From the NCBI GenBank assembly GCA_964035545.1, contig OZ037769.1:6305929-6369928 (forward strand): DNA of 64,000 bases. The letters run 5' to 3'. Positions within the stretch are counted from its first letter, which is position 1, and each line of letters starts with the position of its first letter. The notes below the pieces were generated by a model that ran no database searches, was not told the DNA's origin, and saw only the letters and a program-made list of their open reading frames with translations. This document shows, in pieces, positions 15,258 through 27,177 of this stretch. The position numbers and the translations under genes were made by a program. The DNA comes from Bugula neritina (Eukaryota; Animalia; Bryozoa).

Positions 15258-15795
15258 AACATACCTATGGGTTGTAATGCAGTCAAACTTTAAATTTGAT
15301 CACCATATTACACTTAAAAAGGATAGGGCCTCAAAAATTCTGGGAGCAATTAAATACGTTCTACATGAGGTTCCCAGAGAAGGTAAGCTTCTGGCTTACA
15401 CTAGTTTGTGCCGTCCCATGCTAGCGTACGCCGATACCCTGTGAGATCCAACATTAGCTAAAGACATTGAGTCTCTGGAAATGCTACAGCACAGGGTGGT
15501 TAAGGTTATTGCTGAATTAAAGAGATGAGAAAGTGTCACCGAGGCATGTGCTCAGCTTGGCCTTCAGCCTCTCAAACAGGGACGTAAGACTCACCAACTC
15601 AATCTTCTCATGAAAATTTGCAGGAAGAAGAACAACAATCAATATTAGCAATGGCATATGATGAAATCACATGAGATCGCCAAAATATAGCAATAACCAC
15701 TATCTCTGCTGCTCGCAGTGAACTAACATCTATATATACAAACTCACAAGTATACCATGTTAATTTCTTACCAAGTACCATTAGACGCCAGATGG
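15258..15795 (+). mobile_element. Degenerate non-LTR retrotransposon (CR1/L2-group) fragment, post-RT region of ORF2
   Basis: Translates as TYLWVVMQSNFKFDHHI...ASKILGAIK...KLLAYTSLCRPMLAYADTL*DP, i.e. the YLG...L.Y..L.RP.LEYA..VWDP pattern, with stops and frameshifts. Confidence 0.8.
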
Positions 15796-17450
15796 TCCAT
15801 ATAAAAAAAATCAACACTGTTACCACCTAACCTTTAGCCCCCACTGTAAAACAAATGAGGCACTTCTATAAACTTGAATGTTTCCAAGTGATCTATGAGC
15901 ATGTTTTCAAAAGTATTCATACGTATTATATTGAATTTTAATTTAATACAATCGCATTATTTAAACTTGAAATTAATAACAGCAACACTATTAATGCCCT
16001 TTGAACTCAAAGGCAGATCATGATATTACAATTACTAATACAGTAATAGTAATAGTATTACTATTACTGTATTAGTATTATTATTATTGCTATTAAGTAC
16101 TAGGTCTATTACTCAGTAATACTATTAGTACTAGTATTACTATTAATATTATTATTGGTATTAGTACTACTATTAAGCTTAAAGTATTATAATTTAAATT
16201 ATATTTAATTTTTATTTTATTATAACATTAATTATCATCATCATGATTATATTAGAAATTTAAAAGCTCTCCCAAGTTCCAACTGACCAACAAACAAAAA
16301 CTGAAACTCAAAGTTTGAGTCAATGTGAAAGCATGAAATTGAAAACAGAAAACTAGAAATTCAAATTGACAATCACAATCACAATGATGAATGATTTTAT
16401 GACATTGAATTTGACAATCACAATGTGAATGACTTTGAAGTTTGAGTAAAATTGTATTAAATAAAATTAAACAGCCTTAATTTTTTAATTTGCCAAATTT
16501 AAAGCAAAAATAAAACGACTAATGACACACCGACACTTTGACTTTACACTTTATAGTGATACTGAGAGTGACTGGTACAGTAAGTGTATGAATGTGTAAG
16601 TATTTCCCAGTAATTATTAGGAATAAGTCTCATTCATGTGCATCTTCAAACGGATATGAATAATTTCACCAATTAGAGTCAGATTGACAACGAAGTCTCC
16701 AATCATATTCAACTTGACAAATTATTGCGGCGGATATTTCAAAATTTTCAAGTGAGAGTGAGAATTGCCAACTTCACAAGTAAGTTGACATAGTGATAGT
16801 AGAGGTCGATGCTTATAAAAAAAGTTATTTGGAACTCAGATTTGCTTAATAGGCGAAGAGTAAAATAATGCATTTATAATAATAGTATTAATACTAATAG
16901 TAATACTGCTACAAGTGTAACTTATAGTTATAGTTATGCTAATTAAATTTAATCAATTAATGCTTATATTAATATTTTAATTTAAATTTATAACTTATAG
17001 TTATAGTTATACTTAAATATTAGTAATATAATTGATAAGCTTATTTATTATTTGTAATTACTAATACTAATAATAATAGTAATAGTTATTATAATATTGT
17101 CAATATGAATATGAATATCATTATGATATGATTATGATTGTGATTAACAGTTGATATTACTATTAGTGAAATAAAACTAAAAGAAACATAATTTAAATTA
17201 ATATTATATTCATTTTTAGTATTATATTTATTCATTTTAATAATAATGTTAAATTTATTGTTGTTCATGTTGAAATATTAATTTAAACTATATTTCTGAT
17301 GAGCAGGTGGTTTGGTTGTAGAACTAGATGTAAGTTACACCACCATTGGTGGCATTTAATGTTAAGTCTATCTCTCTTTGCATTATTAACATCATTTACC
17401 ATCTCAAATATCAGGTTACTCATACTGGGGAAAGCGAATCATTGGAAAAC

Positions 17451-20400
17451 ATGCTGTCATCAGAAGGGCTAGATCAGTTGACAGCAGCTCTCAAGGATCC
17501 AGTGAAAAGGAAACTTATTGCCAGAGTGAGTATGATCATATTATATATTTCATTGCTATTGATATTGATAGCAAAATATAAACTAAATAACCTACCACTT
17601 CTGTCTCGTTTGCATATAATTATATAGACTGCCACATAACGAAAATTTAAGGCTTTCTTTGTTTATATTTTGATATTCCTTAAAATTGACTGTCGCACGT
17701 TGAAGTAAAGTTTTGAGTCGACTTTTAGGATGACACGCTAATTGGTGGTTTGGTTCTCGTTCTCTCCAATGCTGATAAGAAGGTAGTGATCGAGGCTCTA
17801 GAGATCTTGTTGTGTTTAGCGATGCCTGTAGAGCACCGAGAATTCCTCCACAACTTTATGGGAATGAAAGAGCAGCTCACGCTTCTTGCCAAGGAGTCAG
17901 TACCTTGCATTCTATTACAATCAGTGGGTTAGCTTGTCACAGAGCTGCTAAAACTAACTTATTGCAATTCTACCCGTTGTTATGGTTACCTAGCAGTGTT
18001 AGAGACCCCTTTCACAAGGGATATGTCCTAATAGATATGCTTGGATCATTTCACTTAATTTGGTGTACACTATATATATCTAGTTATTAGCTAGTTATAT
18101 CTAGTTATCAGTTAGTTATTTTTTCACAGCTTAGCCGCTGATGTATATAGCTTCTTGCATTAAACTGATAAAATATTAACAAATACAACTGAATGAGCAA
18201 GGTTTTTTCTAATTTTGCTTGATTTCCTATGTTTTATCCTAATTTTTTAGTAATTTTGGTTTGCAGGTGGAATGATTTTTTCATAATTTTAATATTGCAT
18301 GAAAAGTATTTACTGTAGTAGTTGTTTGACATGTGGACCTATCACATTATACTTGTAGTACCAATCCTTTGGATCACGTAAGAGAGTTATCTTCTCAACT
18401 GCTATGTCGATTAAATTCCAGTGAACCAGTTCAGCCTGCTCCACCTCAACCTCTTCAACAGCTTCGCTCTCGTAATGCTAACACTGAGTAGGTTGCAGAC
18501 AATATATACTCGTAATTTATGTGTTTTTAACTTGATAGTAGATGAAATATCTGTCACTAAGATCAAGCAATTTATTACCAGTTATAACAACAATCCAAGT
18601 TTCTTCCGCAGAATCTTTACAACCTTTTGTTGTGCGAGTCTCGCTACTCCAACACATTTACATTTTCTTTTTTCTCTTATGATATGTTTGTTAGAAGCTG
18701 TGGTGCTCTTTCCTTGCTAAAAAAATGAAAAAGTGCTTTATGTATCAGATTATAAAATTTTGTCTAAAGCGATGCTAAAGTGAAGCACAATAAAATCTAA
18801 TTTTAGAAAAATTTGTTGAAGTATTTTTCTTTGCTTGAGATTGATGCTGTAGAACTTGTCATAATCTCATCTCGAGGTTAAACTCATTAGAAGTGGGAGA
18901 ATATTGACAATTTGGCAAGTTTAGGCTTCAAGCGCTTATTTGCAGGGTCAGATTATTCAAAAAGCATTTACAGCTACCAAAAAATTAGAGTCAATGTGAG
19001 CGATCCATGATTATGATTTGCTAAACACATTTAAGGCAATTGTTTCTAAATTGTATTTCTAATTTTAGGCAAATTTAAATTTCATCATTCGAGAAGTTGT
19101 AATATTTGTAGCATGAATCGAGCTCAACGAGTTGGGAAAACTTTCAATAAACCTTTCCTAAATGCAACCAAATTTAAAACTATAACCCTTCAGATTGACG
19201 GACTCCATGATAAGGTAAGAGCTGATGCTGCCCCATAATGTACATACTCATTAGTCAGACAGCACCTCATTCTTTAACTACTGTATTCTATTAATTTGCC
19301 AACTGTTCATACCAGCTAAGGCTGCCATATTCACACCTTTACACATAGTCGATAACTTTGTTCATGTTTCGTAGTCGATAACTCACGTAAATTTTAAAAA
19401 GGTAAACCTATTTTATGTTGGCATGCTAAACCATTCCTACGATCATGTGTCCTTTGTGGTTAAGAAAGCCCTTCAACATAATATCACTATTTCGACACCA
19501 ATCAGGGCCAGTAATGGACTATAAAACTAATGCAAGAAGAATTAGTTTCTAGGTCTATAAATTTCTTTTAATTCTGTAATTGTAGGAATTCACAAATGAA
19601 CCAGAACACCAAATCGTTATATTGAAAAGCAGTTAACTATGATCTAGTTGCTTTACATCACCATTTTTATGTTGATATTTATTGCCAAAATATTTCTGAT
19701 TTAGTTTGAAATTAGCTAAATAATACAATGTTTGGAGAAAACGGATTGTAAATATTGTAGCTAAAAGCAAATATTCACTATGCTATATGAAGACAATGAT
19801 ATATGGCTTGTGGTGAGAGGTGTATATTGTATGCGGTTGGTGTATTATAGTGTTTATTGTAGAATGACGTAGAAATATGTAAAGAACAGTTGCTCCCTGT
19901 TAAAGGAGTCGTCAGTATAACCTTTGACCTTCCAAAGCAAAGGTCAATTGTCAGAGTGAAGCCTGAGATCCTACCTCATGTAAGTGATTGGTATGGTGTG
20001 ATAAGTTACGCCCCTCGTTATGTATGCAGTTAGTTATTGTAATAATTGCTTCTGTAGAATAAATATGGTGGCTATTAGAAATCAAATTCACTTCTCAAAA
20101 ATCCAGTTGAAACCACCTATATTGAAATTATTTAGTTTTATTTCGTACAACACACACTCACATGCACCTACACACACCCGCCCACGCACTACTGTTTTAT
20201 ACATACACATAGGTACTGGGTACTGCCATACAACAAACTAACACAATGATAGCCAGACAAGTGGTGCGCACCGAGTCAGGTGAAGAACAAATAATTGATC
20301 TAGGAGACTTCCCCTCCAATGATAAAGAAAACGCAGCACTCCCAGCCTATCTGTCAGAGGATGACAGCCCTGTTAAGGTACTCGTTGTCTGTCATATAAT

Positions 20401-20566
20401 TCTACTTGTCATGGTAGCAGTCTTTGCAAAACGCTTGTTTAATTCATCTCTGTGTTTCTCGCAGGTTGATGACAAGGCTATACGCAGATTTGGTGCTAAA
20501 GAAGAGTCGGGAGTTGGGTGGCTGGGCGCTGCCGCTAGCTTTCTAGCGAAATCTTTCTACTGGTGA
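17451..20566 (+). CDS. ARMC1: Armadillo repeat-containing protein 1
   Basis: Exons 17451-17525, 17729-17895, 18359-18487, 19112-19214, 19863-19979, 20213-20377, 20465-20566, all phase-consistent GT-AG. ARM-like N-terminus (DPVKRKLIARDDTLIGGLVLVL), HMA-like fold (KTITLQIDGLHD...KGVVSITFD...IVRV), ARQVVRTESGEE, PAYLSEDDSP, and the diagnostic C-terminus GWLGAAASFLAKSFYW*. Confidence 0.92.
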
Positions 20567-21875
20567 ACAGAAACACTGTATTGTATATTAGTGTGTCTTT
20601 TCACCAGTATCATGATTTGAGCAATAGTTTTAGCATGTAAAATAGTATTCCTCCCATTGATTGCATTATTTGCAATATCACTATGCAGTAAATTTCTGGG
20701 GCGATTGTGTTATGTGGGATTGTGGGTATTATTTGTTATGTATATTTGTGTTTGTAGCCGAGCACATTATTGTAATAGTTATAGTGATAGTTATATTGTG
20801 ATCTCACTAATATAGCTGTAATATATTATATTATCATATGTAGAGTTATCTTCTCGTTATTGTACCTATGATATATTATCATATGTAGAATTTTCTTCTC
20901 GTTATTATAACTAAGCTATGATATATTATCATAATATGTTAAATCTCTCTTCTGTACAGAGTTTGGAACTGTTTAAAGGAACAGTTGATGTCCTTTGAAA
21001 CTTTTAATATAACATAAGCAGTAGGCTATTAAGTTCTTGTTGCTGAATAAAATATAATATTTTACCAAAGGGTTGTGTTCTCATGTTGTAATATCCTCTA
21101 ACTATAAGCAATACTGATATCTAAAGCTTTGGCGTTGAATTTAGAGTTAAAACTAGAAGATGCTGGCAGATATTCAAAGAATTAGCGCTAACTTATAAGC
21201 TTACTGTAAATTTTAGCCTTTTGGTAGTTGCTTACACAGATATACATTTATTTTTTTAGTCATCTTTGGATAACTTGATAAAGCATTAATAATCATACTC
21301 CCTCTTAGTCCTTGAGCAGGTAGTTTAACAAAATAAAATGGTTTAATCTAGTTCTTTCCCTCACAGATAGCCAATAGATTATTAGTAACTCATCATTAGA
21401 ATGAAAATGTAACAAGTTTGAAAAGTACGTGTCCAAAAAAATAACTTTCTCAACAAAGTAGAATATTGTAGCACACTTAGTCATGTGCAACTTAGCAAGT
21501 TTTAAAAGTTGTCTCCTTAACATCTGTATATATTTTTAAAGCTATCCTATCTCATGTTGTCAACACAAAGCTAAATTTGTGCACTATGCATTTTATTATT
21601 TTGAATAAAATCTTTCACGATGACACTAATCGCTGATATAATATTTAGATTCCCCGCACATATTTTAGTTACAGGTTAGTTTACAGCACATGCAGTTAAA
21701 GCCTATGACTTTCTGAATTCATAATAATGTTATAACTATGGTCATCTTAATCTAAGTAAACAGTACACAGCGTGGTATATCAGTCAACATCTGTTGAGTC
21801 ACAGAGGGTAAATGAATTATATGAAACTGTTTCACTGCTTACACTAAACTCCTTGACTGGACATTTAGCAACAGA

Positions 21876-22741
21876 ATGACTGGGTTTGCTCAACTCCTTG
21901 TTCTCTCTCTTTCTCTTGCAGGTAGCTAATAGACTATTTGTAATTCATATGAACAGAATAAAAAATAAATTCTTTCTGATTGTTCTAATTTAATCAATTC
22001 AATTTGAAATTAATTAAATCAGCAGCTATTAGGTTTAGCATAGACTATGATCAGCAAACACTGTGATAACTTAATGTTTATTTGACTAGTTATTTAGTTA
22101 ATTAGTTTGTAAGTAAGCTTCAATTCTTGGAAATTAGGCTTTGATAGCTCATGTAATCAAAGCAAGTTGCTAATTTTAATTTTAGTGTTTCAAAACACAA
22201 AGTTGCACACTGTGTGAGGGATATATTTGTTGAGTGGTTTTTTTTGCCATAACTAAATTTTCTTGTTTCAAAAACATATGTTATACATGGTTTTTATATT
22301 ATATGCGTTATTTCATTACACTATGCATAACTTTATATTATAACCTATCTGTTTATTCTGTGTTGTTACAACTGAGGCAGAATTATAAAGTTTTGAATTT
22401 ACACAACTACTCATTTTTTTGCCTTTATGGTAGCCAATGCAGCAGTTCTCTCTCGTGACTGGAACTTGCCAGCACTTCCATCCATCGATTGGAAAATAAA
22501 CTTACCAAATCTGCCGCCTTCATCTCTCAATAAAAAAGTTCCGCTGCCGAATTTACCAGATTTATCCAACTTGGAGTTACCTGGACTCAGTAAACAGCAT
22601 TTGAACGCAAACAAGATCTCTCAAGACCAACATTCTCGATATCCAACTCTACCCAAGCTTGAATTTCCCTCGATTAAACCATCAGACTTTCTAAAAAACT
22701 TTCCTTCTCTCCCTAAACTTAGCCTTTCCGGCCAGCTCTGA
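21876..22741 (+). CDS. Orphan secreted Leu/Pro-rich small protein (~117 aa)
   Basis: Exon 21876-21921 (MTGFAQLLVLSLSLA, signal-peptide-like, phase-1 donor g|gtagc) splices in frame to 22434-22741 (ANAAVLSRDWNLPALPSIDW...LPKLSLSGQL*). An aataaa follows at ~22820. Confidence 0.7.
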
Positions 22742-24389
22742 TAAAATTGAATGATGTTTCAGTAAATGTGGTTTGTTACATTACACATAAATTTCATTTA
22801 CAATAGTTGCTTGTTGTTAAATAAATTTTAGAGGTTCAAATACTTTCTTTTGTGATTATGTTCATTAAAGCTTTGTTATGTGTTAAAAATTCACATAAAA
22901 ATATAATGGTTTACTAATAATGTCATGATATGAATTAAGTTATGCTACAGAAAATAGTTATATGCTACAGAAAATCATAAACTTCTTTGTAAATAATTGT
23001 TGGAGATGGGGATGGCGAAAGGGATGGGGGGGGGGGGTAGATGGATGAGAGGTAGGGCAAGGGGCAAAGGTAAAGTGCATGTATAAATAAAATGATCGAT
23101 GCTTCTATTTCCAATTTCTATGCTGATATTGAAGAAAGACAAGCTGAGAGTTATAAGTCTATCAATTTATACAGGTGTAATTGAAATGTGGCTTCAGCAA
23201 TGCTGTTGCAAGCCTTGCATCAACAGATGCAAGGCCTATTGTCAACATTGTTGGTTTTCAGCTAAAAGGCTTGTAAAATAAGTCACTATTGGTTATAAGT
23301 GTTACATATAGTGTAGCAACTGCAGCAGTAGTAATTATTCATTGAGTTTTACATTTTAAACATCGAAATAATGATGAAAATACTGCTTTAAAAGTTACAC
23401 AACTTGAAGCTCTTTAATACTATATCTATTTAAAAAGGCTCAGATGTCCTCAGACAATCTAATATGCAGCTTTCTATGAATCCTGTTGGGACTAGTATTA
23501 TATGAAAAACCTGGTGTGTTTATATAACGTATAGCAAAAAGTCTCTAATTTCAGCTCTGCTTGTGTTTCGAACTTCACTATTTTCAATTGAGGAAGTATT
23601 AAAATAAATGGTAAATAAATTATCTTTATGATGCTTCCCTTCTAGTTCACTAGCCCATCACTTATAATAAGGCAAGACTTCATAACTGAAGATATTATAG
23701 TGCGCGAAGAAAGGATACACATGGACAAAATGATGTTAAGCAGTGGAACAAATGAGACCGAAACCTTTAATATATGCAAACCTTGTCTTATAACTTATAG
23801 GCAGAAAAATAACAGACGTGTGCAGTAAAAACTCCTAAACTTGAAAACTGGAGTTCAATTTTTAAGCTATTAATATCTTATTTATTCGTGAAAGTAAATA
23901 TATAATAACTATACTTGTACTGAAGAACAACTGAAGGAAGACATGTAGATTGTTACTTTGAGGTTCAAAAATATTGTTGAGTGTTATTTGTTTTAAAGCA
24001 TGCTCTTTTCTTTACCGTAAATCTAATGCTATATAAAAAAAAGAGCTAACAAGATATTAAACTTATTTTTGAAAGCAAACCTGTGCTAGAGCTGCAGTTT
24101 AGCCAAGTGGTTTACACAAGCACTGGAAAGTTTCTGAACCATCAGAGTAAATTACTACATTTCTGGCTACTTCACTCAACTGACAGTAGCAAAACATTAT
24201 TAAAAAGAACACAAGCTAGTATTTACAATAGCATAACCTTTAAACATCATTTAGATTTTAGAGATACCTATTTGTGCTTGCATATCCCCCTCCTAATAAT
24301 GTAGTTTTTTTTCAGAAAACAGCTAATAATCCCAGCTGACAGTTCTCACTGGTCTTGGCATATTCAATGTTTGTAAGCAGCTCATTTCT

Positions 24390-25247
24390 ATGTGCAACAT
24401 GGGTTTAACAGCTTGGTGTCTGTTAGCTGTTGCTGTATCAGTCTGTTATGTAACAACTGAGTCAGTTCCAACAGCCAGTCGGCCATTAGCTGACATAACT
24501 GCAAAAGGTTGGGCTGCTAATACCGCCACGCCTCCCAAATGGAATTCGACTACGCAAAGAAACTGGTTCAAAACATGGCCTCCAAGTTGGAGTAGAAGCA
24601 CTCCTTCAACTACCAGATGGGGCTGGACTACGAAAAGAAACGGGTTCACAACATGGCCTCCAAGTTGGAGCAGAAGCACTCCTTCAACTACCAGATGGGA
24701 CTGGACTACGAAAAGAAACGGGTTCACAACATGGCCACCAAGTTGGAGCAGAAGCACTCCCTCAACTACCAGACGGGACTGGACTACAAAAAGAAACTGG
24801 TTCACAACATGGCCACCAAGTTGGAGCAGAAGCACCCCTTTAACTACCAGATGGGACTGGACTACGAAAAGAAACTGGTTCACAACATGGCCACCGAGTT
24901 GGAGCAGAAGCACCTCTTCAACTACCAGATGGGACTGGAATACAACGAGAGATTGGTTTCCGACACGGTTAGTAACTTCATACCCAAAAGAAGAGCGACC
25001 ATGGTGGTATATTCCACCACCTTCTGAATGGAAACTACCCACAATTCCACCACCATCTGAATGGAAACTACCCACAATTCCACCACCATCTGAATGGAAA
25101 CTACCCACAATTCCACCACCATCTGAATGGAAACTACCCACAATTCCACCACCATCTGAATGGAAACTACCCACAATTCCCCCAGTATCTGCTTGGTCAT
25201 TACCCACAATTCCACCTATTTCCGAGTGGAAATGGCCTGGCCAGTAA
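24390..25247 (+). CDS. Orphan secreted Trp/Thr/Pro-rich tandem-repeat protein (285 aa; start may be Met at 24399)
   Basis: Single ORF with a hydrophobic N-terminus (MGLTAWCLLAVAVSVCYVTTES), ~5 x 25-aa repeats (TWPPSWSRSTPSTTRWDWTTKRNWF) and ~7 x 11-aa repeats (PPPSEWKLPTI). Many differences between repeat units are third-position changes in this frame. aataaa at ~25360. Confidence 0.82.
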   Translation: MCNMGLTAWCLLAVAVSVCYVTTESVPTASRPLADITAKGWAANTATPPKWNSTTQRNWFKTWPPSWSRSTPSTTRWGWTTKRNGFTTWPPSWSRSTPSTTRWDWTTKRNGFTTWPPSWSRSTPSTTRRDWTTKRNWFTTWPPSWSRSTPLTTRWDWTTKRNWFTTWPPSWSRSTSSTTRWDWNTTRDWFPTRLVTSYPKEERPWWYIPPPSEWKLPTIPPPSEWKLPTIPPPSEWKLPTIPPPSEWKLPTIPPPSEWKLPTIPPVSAWSLPTIPPISEWKWPGQ

Positions 25248-26148
25248 ATAACAAAAGAAAAAGCTAAAACCTAGCTTATGTTTGTCAACTAAATAATGTT
25301 GTGACAATTTATTATAAATTGAAAGTAATGTTTACTCTATTTTTCTATCAAATGGGAGAAATAAAAATAAAATGAGGTAATTTTAAGAGCTGAAATGACC
25401 TCTATTTTGTAAGAGATAGTTTTACTTCCTAATTTTTACATCAGTCAACTTGCTTTCCCTTATTTTTAGTTATCTTTAACACTCTTTTCTGCTGCCAATT
25501 TTTTTCTAATTTAAAAGAATAAATTCTAAGATATTTGAAAGCAACCAAGTTTTATCCGTAAAGAGGTGTTCAACTTTGTACACTGAATATATGCAATATA
25601 ATAGATTGCAAATAATATATACTGACTTCACTAATAAAACTGAATATTGAAATGCTTTTCTAGATAAAAACTTTTGCAAGTTTTAAACATTTTTAATTAT
25701 ATTACACATGTATATTGATTGCCCAGTGAAGAGTTATCATAGGCTCTGCAGAACCCAGCTGCCTGGTTTACTTATTATAGTTGAGGCAAGAACTTTACTT
25801 TTAAAAAAGTCATTTTAAATGCGCGCACAAAATCAAAGTTAATGATTAGTGTATACGTAGCATAAATTTGACATAAACAAGTTAATCAACAAATGAAAAT
25901 AGATCTAAAAATATACAATAGTTTCACACCGTTCTAGTAGTGTTGATATATGCAGAGCTTGTTTCAAATAGAAGCATGGATTATGCATGTTATATTATGA
26001 CAATTTTAGTAAATAGTGACTTTCTACTAAAAACTATATAGTTTACACCAATGCATGTTAGGAGAAGTTTTTGAATACTGCAAAACATAATTAACAAAAT
26101 TACATTACAAGATTACATTACAAGATTTGAAAGCAACCATAGTAGGGG

Positions 26149-26350
26149 AACAACCGAGGTCTAGGGGTTAGAGCGTTTGCCTAGTAAGCACAAAGTCGTG
26201 GGTTTGAGCTCGGACAAAGGCCATTGGTGATGTTAGGAAGAGCATCCAGTCATAATTGTTCATCTAAATAAGTCTTTAGCCCGATATAACAAAATCCCTT
26301 TACATCAGGGGTTTTCTCACAGGGCTGGTGACTATAAACTTGCATGAGTT
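26149..26350 (+). mobile_element. tRNA-derived SINE, family S1
   Basis: A-box/B-box-like head followed by ggtgatgttaggaagagcatccagtcataa core. A close second copy lies at 52499-52722. Confidence 0.8.
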
Positions 26351-26820
26351 TTTATAGTAGAGGGAACTTTACGTTGGATGACTGACATTGAATTTCATCT
26401 TTTCAAAACATAAATATGGTTATAGTCAGAGCTGAGTCTTGTCAAAAAGTTACAATCTAGCAGATTCAACAATTCAAATTTAGTTCATTTCAGAGATTAA
26501 AGTTTATATAAATAATGACATAAATATGGTGCTGTCAGATACAGATTCATCCGTCGTACACAAGAGAGTATAGTTTCCAGCAGTTGAGACTAACACAATA
26601 CATTTACCAAGTTAAAATATAATGGTGATTAACACAAATGAACTCTGCAGAGAAACATAGCAATGTCACAAAGAAGATGCTACTACACGTATGTTATAGT
26701 TATTTGTAAGAGATAGTTATAAAATAATTTTTCCTCACCAAAATTCCAACTATAACATCACAATCTTAGCACTACAATAGCTGCAAACAATCAATTAAGC
26801 TATATCTGCTGTAAAATGTT

Positions 26821-26864
26821 TACCTCTGCACAGCAATTTTAGTTAAAATTGCTGTGCAGAGGTA
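26821..26864. repeat. Perfect 21-bp-arm palindrome
   Basis: tacctctgcacagcaatttta-gt-taaaattgctgtgcagaggta. Confidence 0.9.
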
Positions 26865-26952
26865 GAGATATAAGAACTAGAATTTAGACATACTAATGGG
26901 AAACTGCTAAAATAAATTAATTGCAGTTTCAATGTTTGCTGTCTTTCAATAA

Positions 26953-27101
26953 CTAGTGAAACCACTTAAATTTCTGTTCAGGAGAGAAGCTAGAATAGTC
27001 CAATGGTAAAAGTATTTCTCCAGCTTTTTTAGGTCGAAATCTTGCAACATACTGGTACAGCACAATCCTCATGTTTTGTGGAGTAGACTGGTGGCTTGGA
27101 A

Positions 27102-27177
<76 letters not shown>

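Noticed and set aside
24446-25215. Long antisense and alternative-frame ORFs (24446..25207, 24617..25027, 24922..25215)
   Set aside because: Shadows of the 75-bp and 33-bp coding repeats. Only the 24390 frame has a signal peptide and spans the whole array.
24550-25230. Regular repeats that could be mistaken for a CRISPR array
   Set aside because: Contiguous tandem units with no unique spacers, in-frame coding, eukaryotic context, and no cas genes.
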